From: Octopus sinensis
Taxonomy: Eukaryota
Direction: 5' to 3'
Assembly (NCBI RefSeq): GCF_006345805.1
Contig: NC_043004.1
Location: forward strand, 55,738,001 to 55,802,000
DNA length: 64,000 bases
Shown: in pieces, positions 12,291 to 25,096 of the stretch
How positions within the stretch are numbered: position 1 is the first letter of the stretch
Layout of the letters: each line of letters opens with the position of its first letter
Notes under the pieces: generated by a model
Databases searched by the model: none
Told to the model about the DNA's origin: nothing
Seen by the model: only the letters and a program-made list of their open reading frames with translations
Made by a program: the position numbers and the translations under genes

Positions 12291-12522
12291 TATACAATTT
12301 CCTCAAATACTCTCTTTTTACTTGTTTCAGTCATTTGACTGCGGCAATGCTGGAGCACCGCCTTTAGTCGAGCAAATTGACACCAGGACTTATTCTTTGT
12401 AAGCCCAGTACTTATTCTATCGGTCTCATTTGCTGAACCGCTAAGTGACAGGGACGTAAACACACCAGCATCGGTTGTCAAGCAATGCTAGGGGGACAAA
12501 CACAGACACACAAACACACACA

Positions 12523-15500
12523 TAATGTCAAAGGAAGGCTAACTAAGAAAATAGTTTTTGTCTGTGGCAGATGCTCAGGAGAAATAAACACTGGAAATGT
12601 GCAGAGACCAACTTCTACCACGTTCCAGGGAGACAAACTAGAAGTAGTTGATAGCTTCCGCTACCTAGGAGACCAAGTCAGTAGCGGGGTGGGTGTGCTG
12701 AAGTGTAACTGCTAGAGTAAGAATAGCTTGGGCAAAGTTTAGAGAGCTCTTACCCCTGCTGGTGACAAAAGCTCTCGCTAAGAGTAAAAGGCAGACTATA
12801 TGATGCGTGTGTACGTACAGCCGCTACATGGTAGTGAAACATGGGCCGTGACAGCTGAGGATATGCGTAAGCTTGCAAGAAATGAAGCCAGTATGCTCCG
12901 ATGGATGTGTAATGTCAGTGTTCATAATCGTCAGAGTGTAAGTACTTTGAGAGAAAAGTTGAACCTAAGAAGTGTCAGTTGGGTGTGCAAGAGAGATGGC
13001 TGCGCTGGTATGGTCATGTGACGAGAATGGCTGAAGATAGTGTGTGCAAAAGTGCTACACCCTAGCAGTTGAGGGAACCTGTGGAAGAGGTAGACCCAGG
13101 AAAACCTGGGACGAGGTGGTGAAGCACGACCTTCGAACTTTAGGTCTCACCAAGGAAATGACTGAAGACCGAGTCCTATGGAAGTGTGCTGTGCATGAGA
13201 GGACCCGGCAGGACTAGTCAGGCCATATCCCGTGGCCCCTACCTGGGACGTAGTCGATCCACCTGTGCATACCTTCCTTCTTGTGACACTTGTGAAGACC
13301 TGCTGAGGCAAGTGAAAATCAATCAAAATAAATCAATCAAAATAGATGAACATCAATGGAATTTGTATCTTTGTGGTACCAGTGCCTGTGGCACACAAGA
13401 AAACCATCCGAACGTGGCCGTAGCCAGTACGCATCGACTGGCCTCCGTGCTGTGGGAACATGGTGGCACATAAAAACACCATCCGAAGACCCGGCAAGAC
13501 TAGTCAGGTCATAACCCGTGGGCCCTACCTGGGACGTAGTCAGTCCACCTGTACATACCTTCCTTCTTGTGACACTTGTGAAGACCTGCTGAGGCAAGTG
13601 AAAATCAAATCAAATCAAAACAAATCAAAATAGATGAACATCAATGGAATTTGTATCCTTGTGGTACCAGTGCCAGTGGCACACAAGAATCCATCCGAAT
13701 GTGGCCGTAGTCAGTACCGCTTGTGGTACCAGTGCCAGTGGCACACAAGAATCCATCCGAACATGGCCGTAGTCAGTACCGCATCACTGGCCATCGTGCT
13801 GTGGGCACATAACAAACACCATCCGGTCGTGGCCGTTCGCCAGCCTCATCTAGCACCTGTGTCGGTGGCACATAAAAACACCTTCCGAAGACCCGGCAAG
13901 ACTAGTCAGGCCATAAACCATGGCCCCTACCTGGGACGTAGTCAGTCCACCTGTGCATACCTTCCTCCTTGTGATACTTGTGAAGGCCTGTTGAGGCAAG
14001 TGAAAATCAAAATCAAAATCAAATCAAAATAGATGAACATCAATGGAATTTGTATCTTTGTGGTACCAGTGCCGGTGGCACACAAGAGAAAACCATCCGA
14101 AAGTGGCCGTAGCCAGTACCGCATCGACTGGCCTCCGTGCTGTGGGCACATGATAAACACCATCCGATCGTGGCCGTTCGCCAGCCTCATCTGGCACCTG
14201 TGTCGGTGGCACATAAAAACACCATCCGAAGACCCGGCAAGACTAGTCAGGCCATAACCCATGGCCCTTACCTGGGACGTAGTCAGTCCACCTGTGCATA
14301 CCTTCCTTCTTGTGACACTTGTGAAGACCTGTTGAGGCAAGTGAAAATCAAATCAAAACAAATCAAAATAGAAGAACATCAATGGAATCTGTATCTTTGT
14401 GGTACCAGTGCCGGTGGCACACACTTTGTGGTACCAGTGCCGGTGGCACACAAGAGAACCATCCGAACGTGGCCGTAGCCAGTTCCGCATCGACTGGCCT
14501 CCGTGCTGTGGGCACGTAACAAACACCATCCGATCATGGCCGTTCGCCAGCCTCATCTGGCACCTGTGTCGGTGGCACATAAAAACACCTTCCGAAGACC
14601 CGGCAAGACTAGTCAGTCCACCTGTGCATACCTTCCTTCTTGTGACACTTGTGAAGACCGGTTGAGGCAAGTGAAAATCAAAATCAAATCAAAATAGACA
14701 AAATAGATGAACATCAATGGATTTGTATCTTGTGGTACCAGTGCCTGTGGCACACAAGAATCCATCAGTGCCGTAGTCAGTGCGGTGGGCACATGACAAA
14801 CACCATCCGATCGTGGCCGTTCGCCAGCCTCATCTAGCACCTGTGTCGGTGGCACATAAAAACACCATCCGAAGACCCGGCAAGACTAGTCAGGCCATAA
14901 CCCATGGCCCCTACCTGGGACGTAGTCAGTCCACCTGTGCATACCTTCCTTCTTGTGACACTTGTGAAGACCTGTTGAGACAAGTGAAAATCAAAACAAA
15001 TCAAAATAGATGAACATCAATGGAATTTGTATCTTTGTGGTACCAGTGCCGGTGGCACGTGGCACATAAGAAAACCATCTGAACGTGGCCGTAGCCAGTA
15101 CCGAATCGACTGGCCTCCGTGCTGTGGGCACGTAACAAGCACCATCCGATCGTGGCCGTTTGCCAGCCTCATCTGGCACCTGTGTCGGTGGCACATAAAA
15201 ACACCATCCGAGCGTGGCCGTCTGCCAGCCTCGTCTGGCACCTGTGTCGGTGGCACATAAAAACACCATCCGAGCGTGGCCGTCTGCCAGCCTCGTCTGG
15301 CACCTGTGTCGGTGGCACATAAAAACACCATCCGAGCGTGGCCGTCTGCCAGCCTCGTCTGGCACCTGTGTCGGTGGCACATAAAATCACCCACTACACT
15401 CTCGGAGTGGTTGGCGTTAGGAAGGGCATCCAGCTGTAGAAACACTGCCAGATCTGACTGGACTGGTGCAGCTTTCGGGCTCCCCAGACCCCAGTTGAAC

Positions 15501-15560
15501 CGTCCAACCCATGCTAGCATGGAAAGCGGACGTTAAATGATGATGATGATGATGATGATG
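12523..15560 (+). mobile_element. 5'-truncated, frameshifted RTE LINE with a multiplied 3' UTR, inserted in a minus-strand SINE-A (12310-12522 and 15559-15727)
   Basis: FRYLGDQV, LHGSETWAVT and TCGRGRPRKTW remnants, ORF stop at 13215-13217, (ATG)n tail at 15538-15560. Confidence 0.9.
13200..15385 (+). repeat. Six tandem copies of the RTE ORF-end plus proximal 3' UTR (280-500 bp units)
   Basis: Units restart at GAAGACCCGGCAAGACTAG near 13200, 13485, 13887, 14228, 14594 and 14871. Confidence 0.9.
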
Positions 15561-15779
15561 ATACGACAGGCTTCTTTCAGTTTCCGTCTGCCAAATCCAC
15601 TCACAAGGCATTGGTCGGCCCGGCGGTTATAGCAGAAGACACTTGCCCAAGATGCCACACAGTAGGACTGAACCCGGAACCATGTGGTTGGTTAGCAAGA
15701 TACTTACCACACAGCCACTCCTGCGCCTGTTGTTCTAGATATATGCTAAAGTGTTGTTGATTTAGAAGGTGTGTATATA

Positions 15780-16150
15780 TCTTTATATATAAAAGTGAGG
15801 TTGTGTGCTGTCTGTCTCCTACGATTTAGATTCCTAACTACTCCCACATTTTGTGGTGCAGTTTAACCAAAACCGGGTATCTTATAGTTGTAATTCATAT
15901 CAAGCCCTTCTGGGTATTAGCGCGTGTCTACGATGAGTCCACGATTTAAAAAAAAATTTACCATCATTTTTTCCCATTTTTAATGCATTTTTGGCATATA
16001 TAAGGGAAGTAACTCTCTAAAATTTTTTTATTAAATCTCAGAACGTAAAAAGCTACAGTAACACCCTCCCCTTTGTGGTTAGCCATATTGAGATGGCTAT
16101 TATACTTTACATCTCTAAAAATGCTTATATAGTTATTTCCATACTGCTAG
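15780..16150 (+). mobile_element. Non-autonomous Helitron with a subterminal deletion
   Basis: A|TCTTTATATATAAAAG ... TACTGCTAG|T. The hairpin segment is missing. Confidence 0.75.
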
Positions 16151-16273
16151 TTCATATATAAAAATAGGAAGAAATATATAATGTAATTTGATTTTTAAAA
16201 AAAAAACGATAAAAGAAAGGGTTCTTTCAGTTTGCTTGCATACAAGTATACATTTTTTATGTGTGTGTATGTT

Positions 16274-16912
16274 CAGAGGTTGGACAAAATAATGGAAACA
16301 CTTTTAATATGGGGTAGGACTGCTTTTGGTAGTAATTACAACTTGAATTCTATGAGGTATGGACATGTACAAAGTTTGAATTGTTTCCAAAGGAATTTTT
16401 GTCCATTCTTCAGCTAAAATAGTCGCTAGTTCTTGTAGTGATGGTGATGGGGGATACCAACTCCTTACTTGTTTTTCTAAAATGCACCATAAATGTTCAA
16501 TAATACTGAGATCTTTGGATTGTGGTGGCCAGATAAGATGTTCAGCTTCACTAGAATGTTCCTCATGCCATTCAGTAACAGCTTTAGCTGTGTGAATTGG
16601 TGCATTATCATCCTGAAAGATTGCATTTCACCCTGGAAACAGTCCTGCAACCATAGAATGAATTTGATCAGATAAAATGCTTAAATAGTCTTGACTATTC
16701 TGCCATGAAAAGAAACCAGTGGGCCAGCGGATTTTCAAGATATAGCTCCCCAGATCATCACAGATCCTCCTCCATGTTTAACAGTTGGAAGAAGGTAGTC
16801 TGGGTCAAATGCTTCTTTTGACTGTCTCTACACGTATACTCGACTGGTGATTGAAAATAAGGTAAAAGATGACTTGTCTGAAAAAATTCTTCCACAGCTC
16901 TAGGGACCAATT
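16274..16912 (-). mobile_element. Tc1-family transposon 3' fragment (degraded)
   Basis: TVKHGGGSVMIWGAISW, FQDDNAPIH and WPPQSKDLSIIEHLW. CAGAGGTTGGACAAAAT terminus at 16274. Confidence 0.85.
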
Positions 16913-17138
16913 CTATAGGTTTTTACTCCACTCTAAATTGCACCAAGGTTGACTTAGCCTTTTAACCTTTTGGGGGTTAATGAAATAAGTACCAGTTCAG
17001 CACTGGGGTTGATATAATTGACTTACTCCCTTCCCCACCAAATTGCTGGCCTTATGCCAAAATTTGAAACCAATATATGTAACTCCTGCTAAATGTGTCA
17101 AGTTCCTCTTTCTTTCATTTGTCCACTTACTCATATAT

Positions 17139-17183
<45 letters not shown>

Positions 17184-17282
17184 CATATATATATATGATG
17201 ATGATATACACACACACACACACATAAATACATACATTTATTTTATTTGCTTGAGTGATGAAGCTGCGGTCATGGTGAAGCA

Positions 17283-17319
<37 letters not shown>

Positions 17320-17326
<7 letters not shown>

Positions 17327-17581
17327 ATCGACCAGACCATCAGATGTAGTTACACATCGCTGGTCACAATGCGTTCGCATTGTTTTAGCCTTCGAATGAC
17401 CAGGCCGACAGAAGAAAGAGTGGTGAAAGAGTACAGCAAGGATCACCACCCCCTGCCAGAGCTTCGTGGAGCTTTTAGGTGTTTTCGCTCAATAAACACT
17501 CACAACGCCCGGTCTGGGAATCGAAACCGCGATTCTACGACCACGAGTCCGCTGCCCTAACAACTGGGCCATTGCGCCTCC

Positions 17582-17612
<31 letters not shown>

Positions 17613-18130
17613 GGTGATCCAGCATGACTGAACTGCAGCTTTATCACTCAAGCAAGTAAAAGACATGTATGTATTTATGTATGTGTGTGTATGTGTGTGT
17701 ATATATATATATAATATATATATATATATATCACGTGATCGACCAGACCATCAGATGTAGTTACACATCGCTGGTCACAATGCGTTCGCATTGTTTTAGC
17801 CTTCGAATGACCAGGCCGACAGAAGAAAGAGTGGTGAAAGAGTACAGCAAGGATCACCACCCCCTGCCAGAGCTTCGTGGAGCTTTTAGGTGTTTTCGCT
17901 CAATAAACACTCACAACGCCCGGTCTGGGAATCGAAACCGCGATTCTACGACCACGAGTCCGCTGCCCTAACAACTGGGCCATTGCGCCTCCACTTTATA
18001 TATATATATATATATATATATGGTGATCCAGCATGACTGAACTGCAGCTTTATCACTCAAGCAAGTAAAAGACATGTATGTATTTATGTATGTGTGTGTA
18101 TGTGTGTGTATATATATATATATATACATA
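17320..18130 (-). repeat. 411-bp tandem duplication containing two identical SINE-B copies (17320-17582, 17731-17993)
   Basis: Both copies share a private internal deletion and the same flank. Confidence 0.9.
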
Positions 18131-18415
18131 GATATATATATGTACACACACACACAAACACATATGTATATAGTTTATAGATGCAATATAGGTAGAATCA
18201 ACAAAATAAGTACTTTGTTCAAAGAGAGATAAATATTAGTTGATTACACAAGGGAAAGAGCTTCTCATAATTTCATGTTTTCATGATACTTTAAGTTAGC
18301 ATATTTATAAAATATGCCAGAGATACATGGTCTATTTTATAAATGTGCTTAGCCAAAGTATCATAGAAGCTTGAAACTATTAGTGGCTCTTTTGATTGTG
18401 TTTTAAATCGATATA

Positions 18416-18916
18416 TCTATATATATAAAAGTGAGGTTGTGTGCTGTCTGTCTCCTACGATTTAGATTCCTAACTACTCCCACATTTTGCGGTGCAGTTT
18501 AACCAAAAGCGGGCATCTTATAGTCGTGATTCATATCGAGCACTTCTGGGTATTAGCGCGTGTCTACGATGAGTCTACGATTTAAAAAAATTTACCATCA
18601 TTTTTTTCCATTTTGATGCATTTTTTTCGCTATTATATAAGGGAAGTAACTTTCTAAAAATGTCTATGATGAGTCAACGATTTAAAAAAAAATTTACCAT
18701 CATTTTTTTCCATTTTGATGCATTTTTTTCGCTATTATATAAGGGAAGTAACTTTCTAAAAATGTCTATGATGAGTCAACGATTTAAAAAAAAATTTACC
18801 ATCATTTTTTTTCCATTTTTAATGCATTTTTTGCTATTTTTTGGCTATAACTCTCTAAAAATGCTTATATAGTTATTTCCCTTACAAACCCGAGCAATGC
18901 CGGGCGATACTGCTAG
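18416..18916 (+). mobile_element. Non-autonomous Helitron with an internal tandem expansion
   Basis: A|TC start, CCCGAGCAATGCCGGG hairpin, CTAG|T end. The internal segment is reiterated three times. Confidence 0.82.
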
Positions 18917-19586
18917 TATATATATAAAAATACAAAATGACAAGAATGCAAAGCATCCGGACAGTTAGGTGATAGAAAAATGGGATAACAAAACATCCAG
19001 ATAGATGATACAAAGAGAATAAGGATGGGTCATTTGAAGTTTTCCTTCTTCAGTCAAGTACCAGATTATCTTCACAATTTCGGCTGATTATACTTGAGAT
19101 TGCTCCAATTTGGCCAGCCCCAACGAAAAACTAAGCTAAGAGCATTAGATTCCTTGGAAGAAGTCAGCGAATGTATACAAAAACAAGGATGGAAAAAACG
19201 GACAATGTTACACAAATACAATAAAAATAATAACAGGACATAACAACAAATGTCTTTCGACTAAGGATGAATTAAATTAAGCTGGCATGTGTGGAAATGA
19301 AGCATTACGGCAGGGATAGAAGATTTCACGAACACAGGAAGGAATATCGATGCTGCAAAGGACAAGGGTCAGACCAAGAAAGAAAGAACAAGCTTGGCCG
19401 AACGCTGGTCATGTAGGAAGAGAAGAGAGAGAAGTAGAAGCAGGGGGACAAAAGAATTAAGGAGAGGCGAGAAAAAATGACAGGGACACAGTGAAGTGAA
19501 AAGGGGAGGGAAAGTGAGCAAGAAGAGAAGACAAAGAAATGTGAGAGAGGGGGAACGAAAGAACGAAGAGTGGAATGAACGAATAA

Positions 19587-19611
<25 letters not shown>

Positions 19612-19617
<6 letters not shown>

Positions 19618-19818
19618 CTTGTTTCAGTCATGTGACTGTGGCCATGCTGGAGCACCGCCTTTAGTCGATCAAATCGACCCCAGGATTTATTCTTTGTAAG
19701 CCTATTACTTATTTTATCGGTCTCTTTTTTGCCGAACCGCTAAGTTACGGGGACGTAAACACACCAGCATTGGTTGTCAAGCGATGTTGGGGGGACAAAC
19801 ACAGACACACAAACACGC

Positions 19819-19861
<43 letters not shown>

Positions 19862-20027
19862 TATGACGGGCTTCTTTCAGTTTCCATCTACTAAATCCAC
19901 TCACAAGGCTTTGGTCGGCCCGAGGCTATAGTAGAAGACACTTACCTAAGGTGCCACATAGTGGGACTGAACCCGGAACCATGTGGTTCGTAAGCAAGCT
20001 ACTTACCACACAGCCACTCCTACGCCT
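19612..20027 (-). mobile_element. SINE family A
   Basis: Full-length match. Confidence 0.85.
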
Positions 20028-20073
20028 ATATATGAGAGTATTGTAGTTCGCTTGAAGCATTGTGTATTGTTTG

Positions 20074-20379
20074 TAAAGGATAAAAAGTTTTGAATGGTAT
20101 AACAATGCACTATAAAACAAAAAAGGGACAATATACCTGTTGTAATTTAGTTATCCATAGTCCGATGATATTTCAGAATACGATTCCTTCTTCAGATATT
20201 CTTAGATGGAGTTGCTGTTATAAACCGATTGTAGCAGCGACTCCATCTAAGAATATCTGAAGAAGGAATTATATTCCGAAATATCGGACTATGGATAGCT
20301 AAATTACAACAGGTATAAAGTCCATTTTTAAAAAATATTATAGTGCATTGTTCTACCATTCAAAACCTTTTATTCTTTA
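20074..20379. repeat. ~145-bp-arm inverted repeat with a hammerhead-like core in each arm (family F4)
   Basis: Arms are separated by ~10 nt. CUGAAGA-A-GGAAU(UAU)AUUCC-GAA-AUAU-C at 20257-20285 (+), with a counterpart at 20167-20195 (-). Confidence 0.85.
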
Positions 20380-20387
20380 TATATATA

Positions 20388-20441
<54 letters not shown>

Positions 20442-21338
20442 AGCTTAGAGAAGAAGAAGAAACGAAACAAAACCAAACGAATCGAATCGAATCGACGCGA
20501 AGGCGCTCAGTGTAATAATAAAATATATGCATACATACAAACATATATGTATGTACCTACTTCTACATGTATATATACATGCATATATAAATATATATAC
20601 AGGACACCACAAATAGACGTAGAACTCAACGAGAAACGAAAACGTAAAAACAGCATGGAACGGACCATTCCTTTAACAACGAAAAAACAGAGTACAAGAC
20701 AACTACACAATGAAAAATTCCCTTCATCAGCCGTCCCTAGTTCAACTCCAGTGTGTTTCGAAGGTGAGGACAGAACATGTCTCATCGAACTAGTCCTCCC
20801 TGTGAAAGAATTAAATAAAATTCCTTTGCAGAGGGGTAAAAACAAGGGAAAAAAATGTGATAAAAACAGGACGTAAAAACAATACAATTAAAAACAAATA
20901 CAAAATAAAAATACATTTACAAGAAATACAGTACAAGAAGGAATAGAAACAGGACATGAAAATAAATAAATAAGCCTAGGACATGAAAATAAATCTATAA
21001 GCCTAGACGAGGAAAAACTTTTTTTCACGAGCGCAGGAAGAAACATGTTTACTTGAATAAGGCCGCCAACGAAAGGAAGTTCGTAGACCCAGCTGTGAGA
21101 GAGATGAGGAGGAGTGAGAGAGAGAGAGAGAGATAGAGAGGAAGGAAGCAAAAGAGGGTGAAAGAAAGAGAGAAGAAGGAGTTATGGAGTTTCGCGTCAT
21201 AATTATATATAAAAACCAGCTTAGAGAAGAAGAAGAAATGAAACGAAGGGAAAGTTTATGAAAAAAAACAAAAGACGAAGATAGGTGGTGTACAAAACAA
21301 ACAGATGTATTAGTATAGCACTCAGGAATGGAAAAAGT

Positions 21339-21374
21339 CTTTTACGTTTTGAGTCTACACTCTTCTACAGAAAG
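21339..21374 (-). ncRNA. Hammerhead-like motif, variant core (family F2)
   Basis: CUUU-CUGUAGA-A-GAGU(GUAG)ACUC-AAA-ACGU-A-AAAG, carrying A6U and G12A changes. Confidence 0.5.
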
Positions 21375-21479
21375 GTACACAGAAAAAACAAGGAGAGAAA
21401 AAAAATGTGTGTAGTGGCTAACGATCTACCATGGCGTATATACATATACATACACATACACACACACAAACATAGATAC

Positions 21480-21700
21480 AGCATGGTACACTGTCAAAGG
21501 CCTTGTTCAGGTCAAAGAATACGAGTTACAATAGCTTACTCTTTAAGAACATCCCTTGTAGATGTCACACTATGGTCCAAACCTGAATCGCTCATCTTAT
21601 CTAGGCTAATTTTCTTTCTAATTAGATCTTACATAACTCTTTCTAGTACTTTTGTAACTTAACTTGGGATTCCATCTGTAGCTGTGTCTTTCTGCAGCAT
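21480..21700 (-). mobile_element. Old degraded LINE RT fragment
   Basis: FFDLNKAFDSVP motif on the minus strand, with stops and frameshifts around it. Confidence 0.65.
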
Positions 21701-21764
21701 CTCTTGTAACTCTTGAGGATGATGATATTCACCAGTCATAGAAAATAACCTCTCTCTACTTTCA

Positions 21765-22390
21765 CTACTCTTTTACTTGTTTCAGTCATTTGACTGTGGC
21801 CATGCTGGAGCACCACCTTTAATTGAGCGAACTGACCCCAGGACTTATTCTTTGTAAGCCTAGTATTTATTCTATCGGTCTCTTTTACCGAACCGCTAAG
21901 TTACGGAGATGTAAAAACACCACCATCGGTTGCCAAGTGATGTTGGTGGGGGTGACAAACACAGACACACACATATATATATACATATATACAACATGCT
22001 TCGTTCAGTTTCTGTCTACCAAATCCACTTACAAGGCTTTGGTTGGCCAGTGGCTATAGGAGAACACACTTGCCAAAAGTGCCACGCAGTGGGACTGAAC
22101 CCGGAACCATGTGGTTGGTAAGCAAGCTACTAACCTGTTTCTTTATTACCCACAAGGGGCTAAACATAGAGGGGACAAACAAGGTCAGACATAGGTATTA
22201 AGTCGATTACATCGACTCCAGTGCGTAACTGGTACTGAATTTATCGACCCCGAAAGGATGAAAGGCAAAGTTGACCTCGGCGGAATTTGAACTCACGATG
22301 TAACAGCAGCCGAAATACCGCTAAGCCCGATGTGCTAACGTTTCTACCAGCTCGCTGCCTTTACTTACCACACAGCCACTCCTATGCCTC
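21765..22390 (-). mobile_element. SINE family A interrupted by SINE family C (22135-22360)
   Basis: The SINE-A head resumes at ~22361 after the nested copy. Confidence 0.8.
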
Positions 22391-23740
22391 CACTACCAGA
22401 TTGATTATGGAAGTGACTAGTGCATGTCCTACTTTACCAGATATTTTCAGCATTTCCTCAACAGCCCTAGGTGGTCCAGTGCTTTCCTATCCTTTTGACA
22501 GGATTGGTGTCCATTTCAATAGTTTATATATATATATGTGAGTGAGTGTGTGTGCACACATGTACACAAGTACATATCATACATGCACACACACACACAC
22601 ACATAATACATGCACCTGTCAGTTACAAAACACACTGCACCAGTTCGAATTTCTGACCTGGAATACTTCCAAAGATACACAGGAATGTTTTTGCTAGTGA
22701 CCCTCTCTACCTACCATACACCTCACTAAGATTTTCATTAAAAAAAAAAACACAGATAAAAAAAAGAACAGCCCAAAACCTCGAAAAAAATGACCACTGC
22801 CACCATCACCATCACAACAGTAAAGTCACACTATCACCATCATCATCATCAACAACAGTAAAGCTACCCTATAGCCATCAATGCCATCACAATCACCATC
22901 CACAACAGGAAAGTAACATCTATAGTTCCCCCATCTCCATCATCACTAACAACACCATAACAAAAATATTGATTATTCTACCATAAACACCACCACCACC
23001 CCTACTACCACCACCACCCCTACTACCACCACCACCACTACTACCACCAACAACCCCATCACTACCACCATCATTAGAACCACCCTCTCCACCACCACCA
23101 CTGTCTCTGCTGTTTGAGCCAATGAGACAGGAGAAATTCTATGTGGATTGTTCAATATGTTAGAAATAGCAGCCAAATTCTCCTTCAGTTGATACATACA
23201 CAACACCTTCTTGAGAAAAGAACATGTTTCATGGTCAGGGGTTCTCTGCAAACAGAGGAAGGGAAAAACTGGACAATTATGGCAGGAATGCATTTGAGTA
23301 TAAGGGCTACTTGACCATGGCTGCTGACCTGAGGCTAAACAAAACAACACCAACAATAACAACCATTGCAGCTGCTACTACCAGCCACAACTTAACAGTA
23401 GCATGATCTCTACTACCCAAACACTAATAGTAAGTACTCAGCTACCACATCAAGCACACACACACACACACACACGTGCCATGAGCAGAACAGCTTGATT
23501 CATTAATGCTTGTTTCACTATTCCCTGTTGTCTCTTTCATCAATACCAACCACTTTCATGTGTACTACCATCATCAGCCTATTGCTGCTACTACTACTAC
23601 TACTACTACTACAACCACCACCACCCCCACCACCACTGCTACTGCTGCCGCCGCCACCACCGCTCTCTCCATCACTGTCATTGCTGCTGCCACCACCAGC
23701 ACCACCATTACCATCATCACTAACATGTATAAAACCACTA

Positions 23741-23925
23741 CCTATTTCTTTACTACCCACAAGGGGCTAAACACAGAGAGGACAAGCAAAGACAGACAAA
23801 CGGATTAAGTCGATTACATCGACCCCAGTGCGTAACTGGTACTTAATTTATCGACCCCGAAAGGATGAAAGGCAAAGTCGACCTCGGCAGAATTTGAACT
23901 CACAACGTAACGGCAGCCGAAATAC
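23741..23925 (-). mobile_element. SINE family C, 5'-truncated
   Basis: Central GCCGAGGTCGACTTTGCCTTTCATCCTTTCGGGGTCGAT resembles the Nin/Sauria-SINE-type domain (from recall). Confidence 0.75.
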
Positions 23926-24290
23926 CACCACCACCACTGCCAGCACTACTACTGCTGCCACCGCCACCACCGCTATCTCCATCACTGTCATTGCTGCTGC
24001 CACCACCAGCACCACCATTACCATCATCACTAACATGTATAAAACCACTACCATCACCGCCATTGATTATTATCACAGTCATTGTCACAAAAAAGAATAT
24101 CACATACTGAATGATGAGAGGTGAAAATCTGAGAAACCACCACCACCACCACCACCACCACCACCACTACCATACCACACTTGCTGCTATTACTATCACC
24201 ACCCCACCACTTCTGTACCACCCTACTGTGGTAGCTATTACTATTACCGGCACCACTATACCACTGCTGGTGTTATTATGGTGACAACTG

Positions 24291-24496
24291 CCTATTTCTT
24301 TACTACCCACAAGGGGCTAAACACAGAGAGGACAAACAAGGACAGGCAAATGGATTAAGTCGATTATATCGACCCCAGTGCGTAACTGGTACTTATTTAA
24401 TCGACCTCGGCGGAATTTGAACTCAGAATGTAGTTGCAGACGAAATACCGCTAAGCATTTTACCCGGCGTGCTAACGTTTCTGCCAGCTCGCCGCC
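24291..24496 (-). mobile_element. SINE family C
   Basis: Head GGCGGCGAGCTGGCAGAAACGTTAGC..GAGTTCAAATTCC, with an internal deletion. Confidence 0.8.
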
Positions 24497-24699
24497 ACTA
24501 TACAATCATCATTACATCACTGTCTCATTACCACCACCACCACCACCACCACTACCACAATCCCCACTAACATCAACATCATCACTGTACGAAGGGGAGC
24601 TGAAAAGTTCCTGACATTGGGTAAAAGAAAATACAAGAGAATCAGTTAATTATGATTTAAGTAAATATATTGCCCCCCCCCCATTAGATTCACACACTA

Positions 24700-25096
24700 A
24701 CTCTTTACTCTTTTACTTGTTTCAGTCATTTGACTGCGGCCATGCTGGAGCGCCGCCTTTAGTTGAGCAATTCGACCCTGGGACTTATTTTTTGTAAGCC
24801 CAGTACTTATTCTATCGGTCTCTTTTGCTGAACTGCTAAGTAACGGGACGTAAACACACCAGCATCGGTTGTCAAGCAATGGTGGGGGGACAAACACAGA
24901 CACACGAACATATACATACATACATATATATATACATATATACGACGGGCTTCTTCCAGTTTCCCCTCTACCAAATCCACTCATAAGGCTTTGGCCGGCC
25001 CGAGGCTATAGTAGAAGACACTTGCCCAAGGTGCCATGCAGTGGGAATGAACTCGGAACCATGTGGTTGGTAAGCAAGCTACTTACCACACAGCCA
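24700..25096 (-). mobile_element. SINE family A
   Basis: Full-length match. Confidence 0.85.

Noticed and set aside
13295-13322. CTGTTGA-GGCAAGT-GAAA in each RTE UTR unit as a hammerhead core
   Set aside because: No credible stem II or III and no NUH with stem I partner.
13200-15385. Repeat array superficially resembling a CRISPR array
   Set aside because: Units are contiguous retrotransposon UTR copies with no unique spacers, in a eukaryotic intron with no cas genes.
19030-19065. CUGAAGA-AGGAAAACUUC-AAAUG on the minus strand, and a similar CTGAAGA..GAAATCAT at 28266-28295
   Set aside because: Too degenerate: GAAA or the stems are missing. They may be decayed members of further families but cannot be supported.
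22800-24560. Thr/Pro-rich mucin-like ORFs
   Set aside because: Low-complexity (CAC/ACT)n microsatellite patchwork interrupted by SINEs, with no splice or domain support.
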